From NCBI GenBank assembly GCA_963766075.1, contig CAVYAN010000008.1:1-64000 (forward strand): a stretch of DNA of 64,000 bases, given 5' to 3'. Below the pieces are notes generated by a model. The model was not told the origin of the DNA and made no database searches. It worked only from the letters and a program-made list of their open reading frames with translations. The translations under genes were made by a program, and so were the position numbers. This DNA is from an uncultured cyanobacterium. GTDB taxonomy: Bacteria > Cyanobacteriota > Cyanobacteriia > Leptolyngbyales > Leptolyngbyaceae. Within the stretch, counting starts at the first letter, position 1. Each line of letters begins with the position of its first letter. Positions 53,642 through 63,928 of the stretch are shown piece after piece.

Positions 53642-55216
53642 TTACCAATCGTCGTCGTCATCGATTTCGGTCGTCGGTGGGCTGGGATGGCTGGCGGGTG
53701 GTATTGGACTCCACAGGGGCGATCGCTCCGCGGCCCGTGGCAATGCGTTGGGCGGTACGCCATAGGGCGGCGGCACCAATTCCAACTGCGGGGCTGCCTT
53801 TTTCGCAGACTTTTTCGTTGCTTGATAGGGCTGATTATGCCGTCGCCGGGAAACGTTTTCTTCGCTCGTATCTTCAGCGATCACTTCGTAGAGCATGGCC
53901 AACTTATCGGGATCGTTTCCGCGCCGCAGCACGCGCCCCAAACGCTGAATATGTTCGCGGGTGGATCCCGTGCCCGAAAGCACGATCGCCACCTTGGCAT
54001 CGGGGACATCCACGCCTTCATTCAGCACCCGCGAAGCCACCAAAGCGCGGTACTGCCCCTGCTTAAACTGGGTAAGAATGTCATGGCGTTCCTTGACGGC
54101 GGTTTGGTGGGTGATGGCGGGAATCAGGAGTTCCTGGGAAATGCGATAGACCGTGGCATTGTCATCGGTGAAGATCAGGGTGCGATCGGGGTGGTGCTTG
54201 GCCAGGAGGTCAGCCAACACCCGCAATTTGCCAGCGGTGCCAAAGGCAATGGCCCGAGCTTCTCGATGGGCCAGCATGGCACGGCGTCCGGCTTTGGATT
54301 GGGCGCTGGCTTGGACAAAGCGCTGCCAGCCCTGCACCGATCCCAGAAAGATCTTGGCGCTCTGGAGAAATTCATTGCGCTGGGCGATCAGCTGATCGTA
54401 GCGATCGCGCTCCTGGGGCGACAGCCGCACCTTAATTTGCACCGCCTCATGGTTGGCCAAGGCACCGCCCGCTAGATCCTCGGCCCGCTTGCGATAGACC
54501 TCCGGGCCGATCAGCGTGGCCAGATCGGCGTGCTTGCCGTCGGTGCGTTCGGGGGTGGCGGTGAGGCCTAGGCGATAGGGCGCGATCGCATACTCCGCAA
54601 TCACCCGATTAAAGTCACTGGGCAAATGATGGCACTCGTCAAACACCAGGAGGGCGTACTGATTGCCCAGGGTTTCGGCATGGATGGCGGCACTGTCGTA
54701 GGTGGCTACCAAAATAGCGGTGCGATCGCGGGAACCGCCCCCCAACAGGCCAATCTCCGCATCGGGAAACGCCGCCACTAAATGGGCATACCACTGGTGC
54801 ATCAAATCCAGGGTGGGCACCATGATCAGGGTGCTGTGCTGGGTGGCTTGCATAGCCAGTTGAGCCAGATAGGTTTTGCCCGCAGCGGTCGGCAAAATCA
54901 CGACGCCGCGTTGCTGAGACTGTTTCCAGGCATCCAGGGCCTCCTGCTGGTGGGGATAGGGCACCATTTCCACACTGGGCACCAGGGCCACTTCTCGAAA
55001 GGCTTTGGCTTTATCGGTGATTTCGGTGCTCGATTCGCGACAGGAGCGCAGGACTTCAAGGTAGCGCAGGGCGGGAATGCGGAAGCGTTCGACTCGATCA
55101 TCCCAGGCGGCGTAGTCCATCCAGGCTTTGCCTCGGGGCGGTGGATGCAGAATCAAGGTGCCGCGATCGTAGGTCAACGTGGGAGTGCGAGCCATTACCC
55201 TGGTCCGGTAGGTCAA
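53642..55216 (-). CDS. SF2 DEAD/DEAH helicase (XPB/Rad25-like)
   Basis: LPTAAGKT, DECHH, LTATPER, EGVDVP, QRLGRVLR. Confidence 0.9.
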   Translation of the reverse strand: MTYRTRVMARTPTLTYDRGTLILHPPPRGKAWMDYAAWDDRVERFRIPALRYLEVLRSCRESSTEITDKAKAFREVALVPSVEMVPYPHQQEALDAWKQSQQRGVVILPTAAGKTYLAQLAMQATQHSTLIMVPTLDLMHQWYAHLVAAFPDAEIGLLGGGSRDRTAILVATYDSAAIHAETLGNQYALLVFDECHHLPSDFNRVIAEYAIAPYRLGLTATPERTDGKHADLATLIGPEVYRKRAEDLAGGALANHEAVQIKVRLSPQERDRYDQLIAQRNEFLQSAKIFLGSVQGWQRFVQASAQSKAGRRAMLAHREARAIAFGTAGKLRVLADLLAKHHPDRTLIFTDDNATVYRISQELLIPAITHQTAVKERHDILTQFKQGQYRALVASRVLNEGVDVPDAKVAIVLSGTGSTREHIQRLGRVLRRGNDPDKLAMLYEVIAEDTSEENVSRRRHNQPYQATKKSAKKAAPQLELVPPPYGVPPNALPRAAERSPLWSPIPPASHPSPPTTEIDDDDDW

Positions 55217-55475
55217 TCTGTTTCCGAGTATGCCGTACTTTGTCGGCGATTTCGTTGCTATTTCTGTGCAACTTGGACGAGGAAAGAATGGGGACGGGTA
55301 TGTTAAGGTATATAAATAATTATCTTTATGAAATCTATTCGGGTTTTGCCTAGAGGTTCTCGGCTTTTTTGCTCCGCCTGCTTTTGCGCCCTGCTCCGTT
55401 CACTCAACGTTGTCCTTAAATACGCCTTTAATCGCTGGTTTTGTCTGACCTGTACCCTAGAGTGATCCCGTTAGC

Positions 55476-56258
55476 ATGGTTTCCCCGATTGCCGAAGGCA
55501 GCTCCCTGTCCTCCTTCCCGGAGGCTTTTCCCTCTGAACTTTTCGTCCTCCGCCAACGTACCCAGTGGTTGGGTTTAGCGATCGCACTGCTGATTCTCAC
55601 GGTCTGGTTAGCCAGCACTGTGGTGCTGTTACGGTGCAATATTTCCCAGTGGCACCCGTTGGGACGATATCTCGCGACGGCATGGCAAACATTTTTGTAC
55701 ACGGGCCTGTTTATTACGGCCCATGATGCGATTCATGGGGTGGTAGTGCCGCAGCATGCGCGGATTAATCGGGTGATTGGGGCGATCGCCCTGTTCGCCT
55801 ATGCCATGTTTCCCTATGCCCAAATTGCCCAGCGGCACTGGCTGCACCACCAGCACCCCGCGAGTTCACGGGATCCGGATTTTCACAATGGCACCCATCG
55901 GCACTGGCTGTTGTGGTACCTGTACTTTATGTTCCGTTACTGGAGTTGGCTGCGGTTTATTGCCTTAGCGACGACCTATAACCTGATGTTTCGCTTGCTC
56001 CAGATTCCGGAAGCCAATTTGGTGGCCTTTTGGGTGCTGCCGCCGTTACTCAGCTCGTTGCAGTTGTTTTATTTCGGTACCTATTTGCCCCACCGCCAAC
56101 CCGTGGGGGGCTATACCCATCCGTCGCGGGCGGAAACGATTCGGCGCTCTTGGTTCTGGTCGTTTGTGACCTGTTATCACTTTGGTTATCACCGCGAACA
56201 CCATGACTATCCCTTGGTGCCCTGGTGGTTGTTGCCGACGGTGGGGCGCTTGGGCTGA
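55476..56258 (+). CDS. crtW: Beta-carotene ketolase
   Basis: TGLFITAHDAIHG, HWLHH...DPDF, GTYLPH, CYHFGYHREHH. Confidence 0.88.
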   Translation: MVSPIAEGSSLSSFPEAFPSELFVLRQRTQWLGLAIALLILTVWLASTVVLLRCNISQWHPLGRYLATAWQTFLYTGLFITAHDAIHGVVVPQHARINRVIGAIALFAYAMFPYAQIAQRHWLHHQHPASSRDPDFHNGTHRHWLLWYLYFMFRYWSWLRFIALATTYNLMFRLLQIPEANLVAFWVLPPLLSSLQLFYFGTYLPHRQPVGGYTHPSRAETIRRSWFWSFVTCYHFGYHREHHDYPLVPWWLLPTVGRLG

Positions 56259-56300
56259 ATCGTTCCACTACAATCTAAGGAACTCCTTGGCTGATTTGGA

Positions 56301-56846
56301 ATGAATGCTGATTGCGATCGCCTGACTCGTTGGTCTGCTGCGCTCTGTGCCTTGGCGACTTTCCCGACCCTGTGGATCTTTGGTCTGATTGTGGCGCTGT
56401 TTGGGGTGACGATTTTTCAATCTATGGATTTTAACGAATTCTATGGATTGACGGGGGTGACGCTGAATATTGGTGGGGCCTGGGTGATCATGGTGGCTTT
56501 AGCCGGAATCAATTACTGGATCGGCATGTGGCTGGCGCATCAGTATTGGCGGGCGGTGCGACGGCAGCACCCTTTGGTGCAGTGGTATGCGGATGCTGCC
56601 CAGAAATTTCAGCGGAGTCTGTGGCGGTATACGCTGATTTCGATGCTGTTGTGGACGCTGCTGCTGATGACGATGTGCGGAATTGGTCCGACCCAGATTG
56701 ATGAGGTCTATGGGGTGGCGATCGCAGCGTTTCTTTGGCTAGCGGCGCTCGGCGTTTTCAATGGGGTGGTTACGGTGTTTGCGGCGGTGCGGGCGCTGAG
56801 GGGACAGGTTTATCACTATCCTGGGGCGACGGCGGTTTTGCAGTGA
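56301..56846 (+). CDS. Hypothetical membrane protein (about 4 TM)
   Basis: Hydrophobic ORF downstream of crtW. Confidence 0.7.
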   Translation: MNADCDRLTRWSAALCALATFPTLWIFGLIVALFGVTIFQSMDFNEFYGLTGVTLNIGGAWVIMVALAGINYWIGMWLAHQYWRAVRRQHPLVQWYADAAQKFQRSLWRYTLISMLLWTLLLMTMCGIGPTQIDEVYGVAIAAFLWLAALGVFNGVVTVFAAVRALRGQVYHYPGATAVLQ

Positions 56847-57015
56847 GAGGATGTTTTAAAAGTCCTGCTGTTGGTAGCAAAAGTCTGGATCCCCCTAAAT
56901 CCCCCTTAAAAAGGGGGACTTTCAATCCGGTTCCCCCTTTTTTAAGGGGGGCTAGGGGGGATCTCCGGGATCGTTGAGTGCCTAACATCACATTTGAAAC
57001 CTTTAAAACGTCCCC
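56847..57015. mobile_element. 169-bp MITE-like element with an internal hairpin repeat
   Basis: IR GAGGATGTTTTAAAAG / CTTTAAAACGTCCCC, flanking TGA duplication, internal CCCCCTTAAAAAGGGGG palindromes. Confidence 0.75.
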
Positions 57016-57030
57016 TGAGGACAGGCGGGG

Positions 57031-57375
57031 CTAAAAGGCGGCTTCATCGGTGAGGGTTTCAATCAGCAAGTCCACCTGCTGCTGACGCTGGCTCAAAAAT
57101 TCTTCGCACTGCTGGAGATAGTCCACGGCCTGGGCGAATTGGTCAAAGACGGCTGCGAGCTCTAGCTCGCCGGACTCAATCCGGGCGACGATCGCTTCCA
57201 CCTGCTGGACTGTCGTTTCATAGTTCCAGCCGTCGGCCACGGGCGGCAGCATCGGCTCGACATCCGGCGACAGGGCTTTCTGCGATCGCGCCTGAGATTT
57301 GGATTGGGATTTTGCCTGAGACTGGGAAGATTGACTCACCGAAGGTTCCACTGCGAATCGCCTAACAGGTTTCAC
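57031..57375 (-). CDS. xseB: Exodeoxyribonuclease VII small subunit
   Basis: [22 protein letters not shown]...LQQCEEFL. Confidence 0.85.
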   Translation of the reverse strand: MKPVRRFAVEPSVSQSSQSQAKSQSKSQARSQKALSPDVEPMLPPVADGWNYETTVQQVEAIVARIESGELELAAVFDQFAQAVDYLQQCEEFLSQRQQQVDLLIETLTDEAAF

Positions 57376-57599
57376 TTGATTTACTGTACCAGTGTAGCCC
57401 TCTTGAGGGGTAGCTTTTGGCCCAGCCGCAGGGCTTCCTTCCTCGCGTTGATGCTGGGTTCACAGGGGCGATCGCCCGTGCTGAAGATCGGCGCAAAACT
57501 CCACGCTGGGCAGGCGGCGGGGTCAGCCCTGCGATCGCTCTCTGGACTGGGCAGGGGACTGATCTGCAGGGCGGCTGTTTTCCCTGGCCATCCCTTGGA

Positions 57600-58979
57600 C
57601 TAGGCGTTAAACGTTAAGGCGTGACCTCGAACCTGCTGATTAAATTGGCCGCGATCGTAGACCACCTGCCCCCCTACAATCGTCACCACTGGCCAGCCCG
57701 TCAAATTCCAGCCCTCAAAGGGACTCCAGCCACACTTGGTCTGCAATTCTTCCCGCAGGACCGGATGGTACGTGTCTAAATCCACTAGGACGAGGTCGGC
57801 ATCGTAACCAGGGGCGATCGCGCCCTTGCCGACAATTCCATAGGCTTTTGCCACCGCCGTGGACATCCACTGGGAAACTTGCGCGACGCTACAGCGCCCC
57901 TGCATCGCCTGGGTCAGCATCAGCGGCAGCGAGGTTTCCACTCCTGGCATGCCCGAAGGCACCTTAGCGGGCTCTAGAAAAACGGTTGCCGAAGTCGCCT
58001 CTTCATCGGCAGGCTTGGCGGACTGCGCCTGCCCCTTTTCGGCCAGGGTATGGGGCGCATGATCGGTGGCAATGAAGTCGATCACGCCATCTTGCAGGGC
58101 TTGCCACAGCACTGCGTTGTCGTGGGTGCTGCGAATCGGCGGGTTCATTTGAATCAGGGATCCCAGCTTTTTGTAGTCGCCCGTATTCAGCAGCAGATGC
58201 TGAGGTGTGACTTCTGCGGTGACCCAAGCAGGCTTGTCCTGACGCAGCAGTTCGGCTTCTTCGGCGGTGGACAGGTGCAGAATATGCAGCCGTCGCTGAT
58301 ATTTTTTCGACAGTTTGAGTGCCAGTTGGGTGGCATTGAGTGCGGCTTGATTGTCTTGAATCACGGAATGGATGGCTGGATCGGTGTTGCCAGCAAATTC
58401 CTGTCGCCGTTGGGCGATCCGCGCTTGGTCTTCGGCATGGACGGCGATCAGGCGGGTGCCGGTGGCAAAAATGCGATCGAGGGCGGCTTCTTGATCCACC
58501 AGCAGATCACCATGCATCGACCCCATGAAAATCTTGATGCCGGGGGTGGGCGTTGCGGTTTGCAGATCTGGTAAGTTGGCAGCGGTAGCGCCGATAAAAA
58601 AGCCGAAGTTGACAAACGACTTCTGGGCGGCGCGGGCCAGTTTATCGTTGAGGGCCGCCTGGTTGATGGTCAGCGGCTTGGTGTTGGGCATTTCTAAGAA
58701 GGATGTGACGCCGCCACGGGCACAGGCGCGGGAGGCGGTGGTGAGGTCTTCTTTGTGCTCTAATCCCGGTTCCCGAAAGTGGACTTGGGGGTCAATGACG
58801 CCGGGGAGTAGGGTGAGCTGGTTGGCCTCGATGACGGTATCGGCTGCGCGCTCTAGGTTGGGACCAATGTCTTGAATCACGCCGCCTTCAACCCACACAT
58901 CGGCGGATTCAAAGTGGCCATTGGGGAGTAAGACCCTAGCGTTGCGGATGAGTAATGTGGCGGCGGGGGATGAGGACAT
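57600..58979 (-). CDS. pyrC: Dihydroorotase (amidohydrolase family)
   Basis: DPQVHFREPG, EMPNTKP, HAED, MNPPIR, ATDHAPH, KCGWSPF. Confidence 0.9.
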   Translation of the reverse strand: MSSSPAATLLIRNARVLLPNGHFESADVWVEGGVIQDIGPNLERAADTVIEANQLTLLPGVIDPQVHFREPGLEHKEDLTTASRACARGGVTSFLEMPNTKPLTINQAALNDKLARAAQKSFVNFGFFIGATAANLPDLQTATPTPGIKIFMGSMHGDLLVDQEAALDRIFATGTRLIAVHAEDQARIAQRRQEFAGNTDPAIHSVIQDNQAALNATQLALKLSKKYQRRLHILHLSTAEEAELLRQDKPAWVTAEVTPQHLLLNTGDYKKLGSLIQMNPPIRSTHDNAVLWQALQDGVIDFIATDHAPHTLAEKGQAQSAKPADEEATSATVFLEPAKVPSGMPGVETSLPLMLTQAMQGRCSVAQVSQWMSTAVAKAYGIVGKGAIAPGYDADLVLVDLDTYHPVLREELQTKCGWSPFEGWNLTGWPVVTIVGGQVVYDRGQFNQQVRGHALTFNA

Positions 58980-59233
58980 GGTGAACCAGGAGAGAGACTG
59001 CTTCCATCATAGGAAATTTCGGTTGCGTACCATTCTAATCAGCGCGATTATGCCGATAACGGACTGATCTCGTCGTTCCGCAACGGCCAGTCTCAGGGTA
59101 TCTGTATCTAAGCTCTCTGGTTCGAGTGGCGGACCATAACGGGTAATCAAGCTTTTCCAGTAATGACCTGCATTGAGATCCATGGGTGAACTCCTAAAGC
59201 AGTGAGTCAGTGGGAATGAGAAAACAGAATTCT

Positions 59234-60862
59234 TTACCAGTTACCACCAGCACCACCGCCATCGCTACCGCCACCGCCAAAGTCAGAACTGCTGCTGCTC
59301 GACGTATCAGGATAGTAATTGGGTTCGTAGGTGCTGCTGGATGAGGAACTTGCATCAGAGGAAGTGCGCGATCGCCCACTTGTTTCAGAACCAGAAGATG
59401 GCGATGGACGATAAATCCGGGCGATTTGCAGATGAGTACTTTCCCGATTGATGGCCGCATTACAGGTTGGGCAGTGCCAGCCACAAATTTTGACATCCTT
59501 AGCGGCTGGAGAGGTTCGTTGTTTCGATGTGAGCAGGGGTTCTAGCTGTTCGGGCTGTAAAAGGTTGAGAGCGGTGCGGTGGCGATCGCAACAAAACGCT
59601 TGATGTTGTATACGGTAGCGTAAACTATCCCGTTCAAACGCTTGCAACAGCTTCCCGCTGAGCAAAATGCTGCATCCTGCCGTCAGCCCAGCCGCCTGTA
59701 TTGGCCGCTGAATCCACCCCCCAAAGTCTCGGAGCGGAAACCAACCCAGGCTACTAGCAAACCCCACTAGGACAAACAGTAACACCACCGAGGCGAGGAA
59801 GGATGACACCACGTCTCCCCAGTCAGGCTGAATCACCTCCTGCAGCACAGGCAGGAAACGTCGCTTATTGATCAGCCAATCCATGATGAACTTCAAGAGA
59901 CCGCCAAAAATCAGCAAGGCGGCTAGGATCGGAATCAGCAAGCTGAGCCCAAAAATTTGGCCCCCCCAGTAGCGGGTGGCGGTTAAGATCATAAAGGTGA
60001 GGCTATAGAGAATAACGGCGATCGTAATTAGAGTTGGTGCCAAAAATAGCCCCGTAAATTTACGCTCTGGATGCTCACCCACCCAGGTTTGAACATCTTC
60101 TTGACGAAGAACATCCCGTCGCGTTTGCTGTTCTCCCATCTGAAGTGGTGTAAGTTGGCGCGATCGCCAGGTCAAAAGCCCACATATTCCCAGCAAGCCC
60201 ACAATTCCTCCGCCCAGCAATTCCCAAATTACCGGGGGGATGACAAACTGCCGGAGGCGATCGGCATTGTTCCGAATTTCGTCTGCGAGTTGCTGGGTTA
60301 CCTGGATAATTCCACCTGCATAGTCCTCCTGGCGAAAACGGGGGACTATCACCGTTTCAATCAGCGTGGCAACTTGGGCATCTGGCAGAATGTTGGCGGT
60401 TCCTCGTCCGGTTTCAATTTCAACTCGGCGATCGTCGCGGGAGACCAGGATCAGCAGTCCATTGTCTTGAGTGGCTTTGCCAATGCCCCAGGTATTAAAT
60501 AGTTCTGTGGCAAAGGCTTTGGGCGAAGCTGCTGGATCGGTCGTTGGCACTGTGACGACAGTTAACTCAGCTTGCGTATCGGCTTCCAGATCGGTCGCAA
60601 TTTGATTAATCTGGACTTCAGCCTCAGGTGAGAGCAATGCTGCCATGTCAGTCACCCAGCCTCCTGAGGTCTGACGGGGGTTGGGAACGTCTTGAACAGT
60701 AATTGCCGTAGCAATGGGAGCCCAACTGAACCACAGCAATATCATTAAGCAGATGCCTATAACCAAACGAACAGATGGTTTGAATAGACCTGGTAACTGC
60801 ATGGGGAAGTATAAAAATGAATATGGTGATTGGCTATGCTCGTAGTCTAACCTCTCTGACAT
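59234..60862 (-). CDS. TPM-domain (YgcG-like) membrane protein; likely start 60802
   Basis: VTDMAALLS, FNTWGIG...NGLLILV...RRVEIETG; C-terminal FGGGGSDGGGAGGNW. Confidence 0.88.
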   Translation of the reverse strand: MSERLDYEHSQSPYSFLYFPMQLPGLFKPSVRLVIGICLMILLWFSWAPIATAITVQDVPNPRQTSGGWVTDMAALLSPEAEVQINQIATDLEADTQAELTVVTVPTTDPAASPKAFATELFNTWGIGKATQDNGLLILVSRDDRRVEIETGRGTANILPDAQVATLIETVIVPRFRQEDYAGGIIQVTQQLADEIRNNADRLRQFVIPPVIWELLGGGIVGLLGICGLLTWRSRQLTPLQMGEQQTRRDVLRQEDVQTWVGEHPERKFTGLFLAPTLITIAVILYSLTFMILTATRYWGGQIFGLSLLIPILAALLIFGGLLKFIMDWLINKRRFLPVLQEVIQPDWGDVVSSFLASVVLLFVLVGFASSLGWFPLRDFGGWIQRPIQAAGLTAGCSILLSGKLLQAFERDSLRYRIQHQAFCCDRHRTALNLLQPEQLEPLLTSKQRTSPAAKDVKICGWHCPTCNAAINRESTHLQIARIYRPSPSSGSETSGRSRTSSDASSSSSSTYEPNYYPDTSSSSSSDFGGGGSDGGGAGGNW

Positions 60863-60906
60863 ACGTCACTGGCATTTGTCTCACTGGCATTGGTCTCAAG
60901 AAAGCG

Positions 60907-62592
60907 TCACTTGAGGCAGCAATCATTCTTGTAAAGTAATTCAGCACTCCCATCAGGGCTGATATGGTAAATCTCCAGACAAAACTCACCTATACTCAGA
61001 GGTAGGAATGAGACACGGTTCTCCTGTCTGCCCTGCTCGCTGGTTTTGAGTAGCACACCTGGTTGACTGACAAAAGTCTGCAAGTCAATTCCTGATTACC
61101 TTAAACTCGAGTCGTTCCAAACGCTGTTCCCGTTGCCATCGCGAGGCAAAAGCCGGGTCCGGATCCTGGTCAGACTGGAGCGCGACCTGCGTAAATACCT
61201 TCCACCCGCGCACCGTGACACCCTTCATCCAATTCCAACCGATTTTGAGATAGCTACTGCCGCGCTGCCAATGGGGATCCACCTGTCGGCGCAACCCTGC
61301 CGCCACGACCGCCGTCCCTTGCAGCGTCAGAAACAACGTCGCCACCGCCACCACAAAACACAACCGCGACAAGGCGATGGCATCGCGCAGCATCGAGCGC
61401 TCCAATTCAAAGCCATTCGATTTGTCGTCCAAAAAGTTTTCCTCGATATCAAACCGTTTGCCATATTCGGCAAAGGTTTGCAGTGTCGTCGGTTCGCTGC
61501 TGAGAATGAACCAATTTTCAGGGGTGCCTGCGACTTTCGCCAAGGCCAAATGGACATCGCTGAGGGTCTTGGTTGTGTAGATGCGCACTTGCTGAAACAG
61601 CCGTGCTTCCCCAGCACTGAGATGATAGTCCTTGATTTGTCGCCAGCCCAGACCCGCTTGCCAAAACCAGAAATTTCCCTTCACCCGAATCCGATAGTGC
61701 CAGCCCAACTCCTGACGCACGTAGCGCATCAAATCCACATCCACAAAGCCCCGGTCGGCGAGCAATACCACTTTGACGCCCACAGGGAGTACCCCTGCCA
61801 CCCGCTTGAGCATGTCACGATAGACTGCCAGTTTGACACTACAACTCTTGTGCCGAATCACCCGCCAGCCTACCGGCACCGCCCGTCCCCGGTAAACCAC
61901 CGACACCCGAATGAGGCAGAACACATCCCACAGACTGCTGGTATCGAGGCTGAGGTACAGGCATGCCTCTTGCCAATCGCTCAATGCCGCTCGAATCAAG
62001 GGACCATACAACCGTGCCACGTTCAGCCGACTGTTGTGCAGCCATCGTCCGAACCGGCGCTGGGTGCTTTGGGCATACTGCGCTTTCGTCTCCACACGAC
62101 TAATCCAATGGGTCACATTCACCCGGCCTTCTTCCAAAAGACCAATCAGCATCCACACCAAGACCGCGATGTGGCGCACATCCTGCCAGGTGGATTGACT
62201 CACAAACTCCCACAATGGATGATAAAGGCGAGAGGCGTAGACGATTTTCATAATGGTCAATCTGATGTTTTTTGAACTAACAACAGATTAACGCCTCTTT
62301 CCTTGGTCTTCACACCTCAACACCCCTCTAGGCAAGATTTCCAGTCCTATTCCAAAAAGTTTTGTCAGTCAACCAGGTAGTTCACACAGTCTCTCAATCC
62401 TTCCAACCACATGAATGGGGGTTGGTCATCAATCAGTATTCTTCCAGCAACCACCAATCCAGAAAGTGGCTTGATCCCGCCTCCCACATCATCGACATAG
62501 GCAAAGAGAGGTTCTGGCTCTAGGAAAGCTGATAAATCAATCTTGAAGCCGACTCCCCCAGAGATGCTGACAACTTGGACTGGGTTGTCCAT
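60907..62592 (-). pseudogene. 121-aa hypothetical gene split by an IS4-family element
   Basis: Removing 61058-62377 joins …RDCVNY to VLLKTSEQG…CCLK* in frame. Confidence 0.6.
61058..62377 (-). mobile_element. IS4-family-like element (transposase 61085..62260)
   Basis: 18-bp IR CCTGGTTGACTGACAAAA; LSLDTS, LLADRGF, YGKRFDIEENFLDDK. Confidence 0.88.
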
Positions 62593-62625
62593 TTCACATC
62601 ACCTTCGCTTATTTAGCTCTTTACT

Positions 62626-62709
62626 GTCCAACAACCCCAATCACCCACCGCAGATGAACTTGAACTCCAATCGACAACCTCTCGGCGGTCGGTGTGCATT
62701 GAGATTGTT
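62626..62709 (-). other. Integron attC-like site 3, with its R'' box abutting the ISKra4 end
   Basis: Minus strand AAC-AATCTC-AAT(G)CAC...GGTGATT-GGGGTT-GTTGGAC; shares ATGCACACCGACCGCCGAGAG with site 2. Confidence 0.72.
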
Positions 62710-63928
62710 GGGAGCATCTCACCTTTGCGATGAGTAGAAATACTTGTGATCATATCGCCCTGGAAAGCTGAAAATGCGTTGAAAATTGACCATTTAGGTA
62801 GGCACACCGATGTTTTACGACTTGATCGACATTCTTCGCCTCCCATTGTGCTCCTGAAATTTTCACCCGGCGACTAATTTGTTTAATTCCAGATTCCACG
62901 CCACCCGAGCCAATGGTGAATCCTTCTGACTGTAAATAGTCATAATTCGGAATCCGATGCCGATGCTTGGTCAGATAGGTGATGAAATTGGGCACGGTAT
63001 CAAGAGTGCAATCGGAGAACAGCGCCATCGCCGCCTCGACTTTGCCAGTCCATAACAAGGCTTCCACCTGATTTAAGCGATTGTTCGAGCCACCCACTTT
63101 GTGCAAATTCTCGACCAAATGGTACCAATCCAGAATTTCACGCCGCTGTTCTGGAACCGCCACCGCACGAAATACATTCCAAATCCCATCATGCCCATCG
63201 CCTAAACAGGAAACCGTGGTGGCTAAGGGTTGGCTATTGACCCAATCAATCAACGCCTCATTTTTTTGGAAATATCCCCCAATCCCTTGACCTTCTAAAA
63301 CCACGGCTTTGTAATCTTTGTAAATAGACACTTCACCCTTGGGGGTGCGGATTCTAGCTTTTCCGCCATCTAAACTCATTGATTCAATAGTGGTTTCAGA
63401 AATGATTCCCTTAAATTCCTGACGATGCACTAATCTATGATGAGTACTATGAGAAATATCTATTCCCATTAGAATTGCTAAATCTTCTTGTGAACGTGCA
63501 TAAGAGCTATTTGCACTCACGAGTAGACAGCAGTTTTCTAAGTGCTCACTGATTTGAGTATAGGGTTTTACATTGAGGTGTTGGGCTTGACGTTCCGTGA
63601 TTTCAAGATTCCCGATTGTTGTTTTGATGTTTCGCTTTCTTCCCGTTTCGATTTCGGTGGCATTTTTGACAAAAAAACACCGATAGGAGGGCTGACATGC
63701 TGCAGGATTTGCTGACGAACGGTAGTTTCAATATCCCCCAAGGTCTGAATCACTTTCGGATCCGTATCAGAATAGAGAATTTGGGCAATTTGGTTGGCAT
63801 GGTATTCTATTTTTTGTAATTCTTCAGGCGTCATGGCGGCAAAGCCTCAAATCAGTGACTCAATTTTGTCGTATTTCGATGAAATTATCACTAAGCATTT
63901 ATGCTCATTGCAAAGGTGAGATGCTCCC
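62710..63928 (-). mobile_element. ISKra4-family IS, copy 2 (ORFs 63568..63834 and 62750..63520)
   Basis: Near-identical inverted copy of 47778-48996 with the same IRs. Confidence 0.92.

Noticed and set aside
53627..54475. 282-aa plus-strand ORF
   Set aside because: Antisense to the helicase, which has clear motifs
53642..55216. Helicase as part of a defence system
   Set aside because: HIP1-rich and core-like, with no adjacent nuclease or methylase partner
60845..60900. GTTAGAC (R'-like, minus strand) after the IS4-split ORF
   Set aside because: No matching R''/L boxes upstream, only a short direct repeat
61133..62275. 380-aa plus-strand ORF
   Set aside because: Antisense shadow of the IS4 transposase with no recognisable motifs
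47778..63928. Composite transposon carrying crtW, pyrC and xseB
   Set aside because: The outer flanks are not a direct repeat; the matching target sequence pairs an inner with an outer flank, which fits inversion
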